Shown one piece after another: positions 36,337-42,223 of a stretch of 42,223 bases of DNA. The stretch's first letter is position 1. The number at the start of each line of letters is the position of its first letter. Location: the NCBI GenBank assembly GCA_038087875.1, contig JAXLNO010000244.1, positions 1-42,223 on the forward strand. The letters run 5' to 3'. The DNA is from Malacoraja senta. Its lineage: Eukaryota. The position numbers were made by a program, and so were the translations under genes. The notes under the pieces were generated by a model. That model worked only from the letters and a program-made list of their open reading frames with translations, did no database searches and had not been told where the DNA came from.

Positions 36337-36696
36337 CAGGGCTCACTTAACATTTTTTCTCTGATGCCAGCTGGGCAACCTAGGCAGCTTTTTAGGTTGC
36401 GATATGACAGTTTAGGTGGTCATTTAAGACTGCTTGCATGAAGCGTGCGATAATGTGCTCGGACGTAGTTACCAGTCGGAATTATGCTCAATGAAGCATC
36501 CACATATTATTTCTGCTTCAAATAAAGTCACAAACTAAACATATTCACCAATCAAGACATGATATATACCACAATAACATGCAGCAAAATCACAATACAG
36601 TATCTCAACTCTATTTACACGTTGCAATGAATGCAATTTTGATTATTTCTTTCCACTTCCAAACAAAAATGTGGTTGGATTATTCAACGTATGATC

Positions 36697-37143
36697 AACA
36701 TCGGTGAGACCAAGCGCAGGCTTGGCGATTGCTTCGCACAATACCTCCACTCAGTTCGCAATAACCAATCTGATCTCCCGGTGGCTCAGCACTTCAACTC
36801 CCCCTCCCATTCCGAATCCGACCTTTCTGTCCTCGGCCTCCTTCATGGCCAGAGTGAGGCCCACCGCAAATTGGAGGAACAGCACCTCATATTTCGCTTG
36901 GGTAGTTTACACCCCAGCGGTATGAACATTGCCTGCTCTAATTTCAGGCAGTCCTTGCTTTCTCCCTCCTTCCCCTCCCATTCCCAGCTCTCCCACAGCC
37001 TACTGTCTCCGCCTCTTCCTTTCTTTTTCCCGCCCCTCCCCCGACATCAGTCTGCAGAAGGGTCTCGACCCGAAACGTCGCCTATTCCTTCGCTCCATAG
37101 ATACTGCCTCACCCACTGATTTTCTCCAGCTTTTTTGTCTACC
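36697..37143 (+). mobile_element. Penelope-like element 3' part (GIY-YIG C-terminus plus hammerhead-bearing end)
   Basis: IGETKRRLGDCFAQYLHSVRNNQSDLPVAQHFNSPSH...RKLEEQHLIFRLGSLHPSGMNI; core variant CTGCAGA...GAAAcgtc. Confidence 0.88.
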
Positions 37144-37144
37144 A

Positions 37145-37372
37145 CCCATTCACACAAGTTCTATTATCCACTTTCCTCACCCACTCCCTTCACATTAGGG
37201 GCAATTTTACAGAGACAAGTTAACCTACAAAGCCAATGCGTCTTTGGGATGTGGGAGGAAACCCACACGCTTGCAGGGAGAATGTGCAAATTCAACACAA
37301 ACGGTGCCCGAGGACAGGATCGAACACAGATCTCTAGCATGTGAGGCAGCAAGTCTACCAGCTGTGCCACTA
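37145..37372 (-). mobile_element. tRNA-derived SINE (diverged)
   Basis: Reverse complement gtggcacagctggtagacttgctgcctcac...gttcgatcctg. Confidence 0.75.
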
Positions 37373-37517
37373 TATTTTGTTTTCCAACACACAAAAAATT
37401 ATACGTTGATTACTTTGGTTACTAAAAAAAATAAACTATCCATTTACAGTCTTAAATCTCTAAGTCACGATATGTCCCCTTTGCTGCTTACTGTATATTT
37501 TAATTCAGTTCAAGACT

Positions 37518-37682
37518 ATGGGGCAGTACATTGGACATAAAGTTGCTGCCTAAAAGTGCCAGAGACCCAGAATTGATCCTGAATATGGGTGCTGTCTGTT
37601 TGGAGTTTGCTCCTTTTCCCTTTGATCACATGGGTTTTCTCCGGGTGCTCTTGTTTCCTTCCACATTCCAAAGGTGTGCAGG
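37518..37682 (+). mobile_element. tRNA-derived SINE 5' part (diverged)
   Basis: gttgctgcctaaaagtgccagagacccagaattgatcctg...ggtgctgtctgtttggagtttg. Confidence 0.7.
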
Positions 37683-37925
37683 AACCTTTTTCAGACCCAA
37701 CCTAAAACGTAATATTTTCCTTTTGTCCAGAGATTCGGTCTGACCTGTTGAGTTACTCCAGCTTTTTGTGTCTATCTTCGGCTTAAACCAGCATCTGCAG
37801 TTCCTTCCAACACACACGATACTATACGATAGAACTTTATTAATCCCAGGAGGGAATTTGTGTGTGGTGGGTATATATAATACACACATATATTATTTAT
37901 GTGTGTGTGTGTGTGTGTGTGTATA

Positions 37926-37927
37926 TC

Positions 37928-37976
<49 letters not shown>

Positions 37977-39778
37977 TTTTAAAACTCTGTGTGTGTGTGT
38001 GTGTGTGTGTATGTGTGTGTGTATATGTATGTGTGTGTCATTTTGCCTTTGAAACGTATTTCCTCGAAAACCAGACGCGAAAACGCAGAGATTTTTACAT
38101 ATTTCGGTAGGGATTTAACTTATGATTTCAGAAATCCACTCCTCCCTAGATTTGGTGAATTATTTCCCCAGATTTTGAATAAAATTGTTCACAAAGCATC
38201 AAAACATTTTAAAATCAAACTGCTGCATGAGTCACAGTGCCACCTCACAGATGTCCAATCACAATGGATCTCATTTACATTTCACAATGGGACAGGGGTG
38301 GGAGATTGGAACCTTCACGTGGTCCCACTAAAATCAAACTGCTGCATGAGTCACGGTGCCATCTCACGCCACTGCTGCCTAGCTGCTGACGTTACAATGA
38401 CAGTTACATTTTTACATCTTCTGGTAGAAATTTTCCTTATGATTTCAAAAATCCAATCCTCTATACATTTGGTCAATTATTTCCCAAAATATTTACTAAA
38501 ATGTATAACCAAACTGACATTTTGTTAAAATATTAAGGTTGCCCAGCTGCTGACCTCACAATGCCTTTGCACCTGGCCCAGCCTGCCTGCTGGCCCCGCC
38601 CCGCTGACCTCACAATTCCTTTGCACCTGGCCCAACTGCCTCCTGGCCCCGCCCCCCAGCCTGCCTGCTGGCCCCGCCCGGCCCCCCTCCAGCCTGCCAG
38701 GTTGTTGATTCCATTGTTTTTCATTGAATTGAATTTAATTATTTCTCACTTAACATCACTAATCCTTAACATTAACTTTAAATTGCAAAGACAGTTAAAA
38801 AAAAAAATTTGCTGTCTTCATTGACAACTTAGATCGGACCTGCTGTGTGTGTGTGTGTGTGTGTGTGGGGGGGGGGGTTGGAGGGGGGGTTAGTGTGTGT
38901 GTGGCGCGGCAGGCTTCTCCCCTGAATTCCATAGAGCTGCCGACAGCTTTCGTGCATGAGACGCGCACGTTTCATTTCCAGACCATTCTGAACGCGTGAC
39001 GCACGGTTGCATTTCGCTGTCTCTCCCCCTCTGTCTCTCCCCCCATCTCTCTCTTGCCCCCCCTGTCTCTCTCTCCTCTCTCTCTCCCCCCCTCCTCTCC
39101 CCCACCCACTCTGCCCTCCCTCCCCTAAATCCCCTCCCTACCCCCTTCCCTCCACCCCATCCCCTCCCCACCCTCCATTCCCCCCCACCTCTCCCCCTCT
39201 CTTCGCCCTATCTCCCCCTTCCCTTCCCCCCCTACCTCAGCCCCCCTCTCTCTCACCCGTCCTCCCCCACCCTCCCCCCTTACTCTCCTCCCCTCCACCC
39301 CCTCTCCCTCTTGCTCTTGTCTCTGCCCCTTTCTCTCTGTCTCTCCCCATTCTCTCTCTGCCCTCACTCTCTACCCCCGTCCCCCTCCATCTCTAGACGC
39401 GCCTGCGAGTTGGGGGCTATGCGTCAGTGGATAGGGCGGTTATGGGGTAAAAAGAGCAAATTAATAATATAAATATAATATCAAGGGAGGTAGTTAGCGT
39501 GTGTGCGGGGGGTAAGGCAAGGCAAGTTTATTTGTATAGCACCTTTCAACCACAAGGTAATTCAAAGTGCTTTACATAAAACATTTAAAGCATTTGAGAG
39601 AAACACATATAAAATGACATTTAGATATAAAATTATTAGATTATTCAGATAATAATTACAAAATTAAAAGCAATCAAATTAGTGTGTTAGTGTGTGTGAC
39701 GCCGCATGACCCTCCCCAGCCCCCCCCCTCCACCGCAACCACACGTTGGGGGAACAGACCCAACGGGTCTGCACTTGG

Positions 39779-39783
<5 letters not shown>
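37926..39783 (+). mobile_element. Solo non-autonomous Helitron embedded in (TA)n
   Basis: A|TCTA..(TA)n..cttttaaaactctg head near-identical to the 20707-21908 copy; hairpin 39755-39771; ends cacttggtCTAA|T. Confidence 0.8.
39514..39675 (-). mobile_element. L2-like LINE 3' end nested in the Helitron
   Basis: (aaggc)n aagtttatttgtatagcacc...aattcaaagtgctttaca; interrupts sequence that is continuous in the 20707 copy. Confidence 0.55.
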
Positions 39784-39868
<85 letters not shown>

Positions 39869-40035
39869 ACACACATATATATACACACACACACACACAT
39901 ACATATTATTTATATATATATATACACACACAAACACACACATATATACATATATATATATATGTGTGTGTGTGTGTATATAGTCGTATATAGTTTTTGT
40001 ATATAGTTTATATATATATATTCATATATAAATAT
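39783..40035. repeat. (TA)n/(CA)n/(TG)n compound microsatellite
   Basis: Direct read. Confidence 0.95.
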
Positions 40036-40280
40036 ACACTGTTTTGTTTTCTCGGTTATAACATTGCTTACAGAGTACTATGTTTACATATTTTGTTGTG
40101 CTGCTGCAAGTAAGGATTTCATTGTTCTAACTGGGCAGTGAGAGAATAAAACACTCTTGACTCTTGACTTACGTCACTAATGTGTGGGACAGAACTAGTG
40201 TAAGGGTGATCGGTGGTCGGCGTGGACTCGGTGGGTCGAAGGACCTGTTTCCGCGCTGTATCTTTCAATTAAACTAAAAC
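40035..40280 (+). mobile_element. Rex1-type 3' end followed by a SINE 3' end
   Basis: gctgctgcaagtaag...aataaaacac(tcttgac)n, then ggactcggtgggtcgaaggacctgtttccgcgctgtatc. Confidence 0.7.
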
Positions 40281-40443
40281 CATTAAAACCAGAGGGAGTC
40301 TAAAGAAGGGTCTCTACCCGAAACGTCACCCAATTTCTTCTATCCAGAGATGCTGGCTGCTCCATGGAGTTCCCCCGCACAATTAAAGCAAGGAATAGTC
40401 TTCACCCTACCATAGTTACCCAACTAGATGCAACTAAATTTAA

Positions 40444-41365
40444 GGTAGACAAAAATGCTGGAGAAACTCAGCGGGTGAGGCAGCATCTATGGAGCGAAGG
40501 AAATAGGAGACGTTTCGGGTCGAGACCCTTCTTCAGTCAGATGTGGGGGTGGGAGGGGTGGGAAGAAGAAAGGAAGAGACAGAGGCAGTGGGATGTGGGA
40601 GAGCTGGGAAGGGGAGGGGAAAGAAGGAGAAAGCAGGGACTACCTGAAATTGGAGAAGTCAATGTTCATACCGCTGGGGTGTAAACTACCCAAGCGAAAT
40701 ATGAGGTGCTGCTCCTCCAATTTACGGTGGGCCTCACTCTGGCCATGGAGGAGGCCCAGGACAGAAAGGTCGGATTTTGAATGGGCGGGGGAGTTGAAGT
40801 GCTGAGCCACCGGGAGATCAGGTTGGTTATTGCGAACCGAGCCTACTCTTCGTCTCCCGATGTAGAGCAGCTGACACCTAGAGCAACAGATGCAATAGAT
40901 GAGGTTGGAGGAGGTGCAGGTGAACCTCTGCTGCACCTGGAAAGACTGCTTGGGTCCTTGGATGGAGTCAAGGGGGGAGGTAAAGCGACAAGTGTAGCAT
41001 TTCCTGTGGTTGCAAGGGAAAGTGCCAGGAGAGGGGTTGGTTTGGGTGGGCAGGGACGAATTGACCAGGGAGTTACGGAGGGAGCGGTCTCTGCGGAAAG
41101 CCGAAAAGATGGGAAAATGTGGCCAGTGGTGGGATCCCGTTGGAGGTAGCGAAAATGTCAGAGGATTATCTGTTGTATGTGATGGCTGGTAGGGTGGAAG
41201 GTAAGGACAAGGGGGACTCTGCCCTTGTTACAAGTGGGGGGGATGGGGAGTGAGAGCAGAGTTATGGGGTATAGAAGAGACCCTGGTGAGAGCCTCATCT
41301 ATAGTGGAAGAGGGGAACCCCCGTTCCCTAAAGAATGAGGACATCTCCGATGCCCTGGTTTGGAA
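40444..41365 (-). mobile_element. Penelope-like element, 5'-truncated (linker, GIY-YIG, hammerhead-bearing end)
   Basis: FTCTSSNLIYCICCSRCQLLYIG...LEEQHLIFRLGSLHPSGMNIDFSNFR*; FFRERGFPSSTIDEAL; intact core at 40509-40536. Confidence 0.9.
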
Positions 41366-41855
41366 GCCAGTGGTGGGAAATTTAAAGGTAGCTCTTTTCC
41401 CCAAGAACCCTTTTTTGCTTAAGTCCACCCTCCACCACCTCCAGTTTAAATTCCATTTGGAATATTTTTGGAGGACCAGGAAACAAAGAAGCAAGAGTTA
41501 CTCCAGGGAGTTACTCCAACTCCAGGGAGAGATTCTGAGTTGGGTTTCAGCGGTCGCAGCGAGGCGGCGACCGGACAGCAAAGGCGGCCAGATCTCCCAC
41601 AATGCAAAGGGAGGGAGAAATTGCCTGGTGCCGACCAGTGGCAGTGCGCATGGGCAGGGCGGCCGGCCATGCCGGCGGATGAGAAGCGGCCGGTGAGCGG
41701 AGACTCGGCGGCCCGTGCACGGACGGCGGGCGGAGATGGAGAGTGACACAGAGAGAGAGATAGAGAGGGGGGCCAAGCCGGGCAAAATGACGCAGCTTTT
41801 AGGTTGCCCGGCGGGACTTTAGGTGGCCATTGGCAACCGTTAATTTCGACCCCTA

Positions 41856-42223
41856 CTTTAAGAGCTTTATCTAACTCTCTCTTGAAAGCATCCAGAGAAT
41901 CGGCCTCCATTGCCTTCTGAGGCAGAGAATTCCACAGATTCACAACTCTGGGGGAAAAAGTTTTTCCTCATCTCCGTTCTAAATGGCCAATCCCTTATTC
42001 TTAAACTGTGACCCCTGGTTCTGGACTCCCCCAACATTGGGACCACGTTTCCTGCTTCTAGCATGTCCAATCCCTTAATAATCATATGTTTCAATAAGAT
42101 ATCCTCTCATCCTTCCAAATTCCAGTGTATACAAGCCCAGTCGCTCCATTCTTTCAACATATGACAGTCCCGCCATCCCGGGAATTAACCTCGTGAACCT
42201 ACGCTGCACTCCCTCAATAGCAA
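41856..42223 (-). mobile_element. CR1 LINE ORF2 C-terminal region (runs off window end)
   Basis: IIKGLDMLEAGNVVPMLGESRTRGHSLRI...FRTEMRKNFF; NLWNSLPQKAMEADSLDAFKRELDKAL. Confidence 0.9.

Larger units (their letters stand above)
36337..41855. mobile_element. DNA-transposon-bounded composite insertion, 5-bp target duplication (hAT5-like, inferred)
   Basis: cttta at 36332-36336 and 41856-41860; imperfect TIRs cagggctcacttaac / gttaatttcgaccccta; shared subterminal motif gggcaa...gcagcttttaggttgc...tttaggtgg in both arms. Confidence 0.65.

Noticed and set aside
38885..39015. ZCRB1 first exon
   Set aside because: Lies within a Helitron body and has no convincing minus-strand donor

Overview
Vertebrate genomic DNA, most likely a cartilaginous fish such as a skate or ray (inferred from the repeat repertoire). 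The only host gene I can support is ZCRB1 (U11/U12 minor-spliceosome 31K protein; RRM plus CCHC zinc knuckle). It lies on the minus strand as 7 coding exons between 7667 and 33699, all with GT-AG introns; the joined CDS is 666 nt (221 aa plus stop). Its non-coding first exon and promoter were not located. The rest of the window is mostly transposable elements: non-autonomous Helitrons (a head-to-tail array at 1-5052, solo copies at 20707-21908 and 37926-39783, and a 3' end at 16425), Penelope-like GIY-YIG retroelement fragments whose 3' ends carry minimal hammerhead-ribozyme motifs, two Tc1 elements (one a full-length Passport-like copy), CR1, Rex1/Babar and L2 LINE fragments, tRNA-derived SINEs, Harbinger-like and pogo-like MITEs, a Kolobok-like element, and a 5.5-kb insertion with a 5-bp target duplication that splits a CR1. 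Three structures stand out: (i) Helitron junctions that all lack the first 4 nt of the head, even between different subfamilies; (ii) a hammerhead-derived hairpin amplified inside that array; (iii) an inverted pair of Penelope fragments enclosing older genomic DNA inside a DNA transposon. Nearly all long Pro/Leu/Ser-rich or Gly/Glu/Arg-rich ORFs in the track are artefacts of CT/GA-rich tracts. Boundaries of degraded repeats are approximate.
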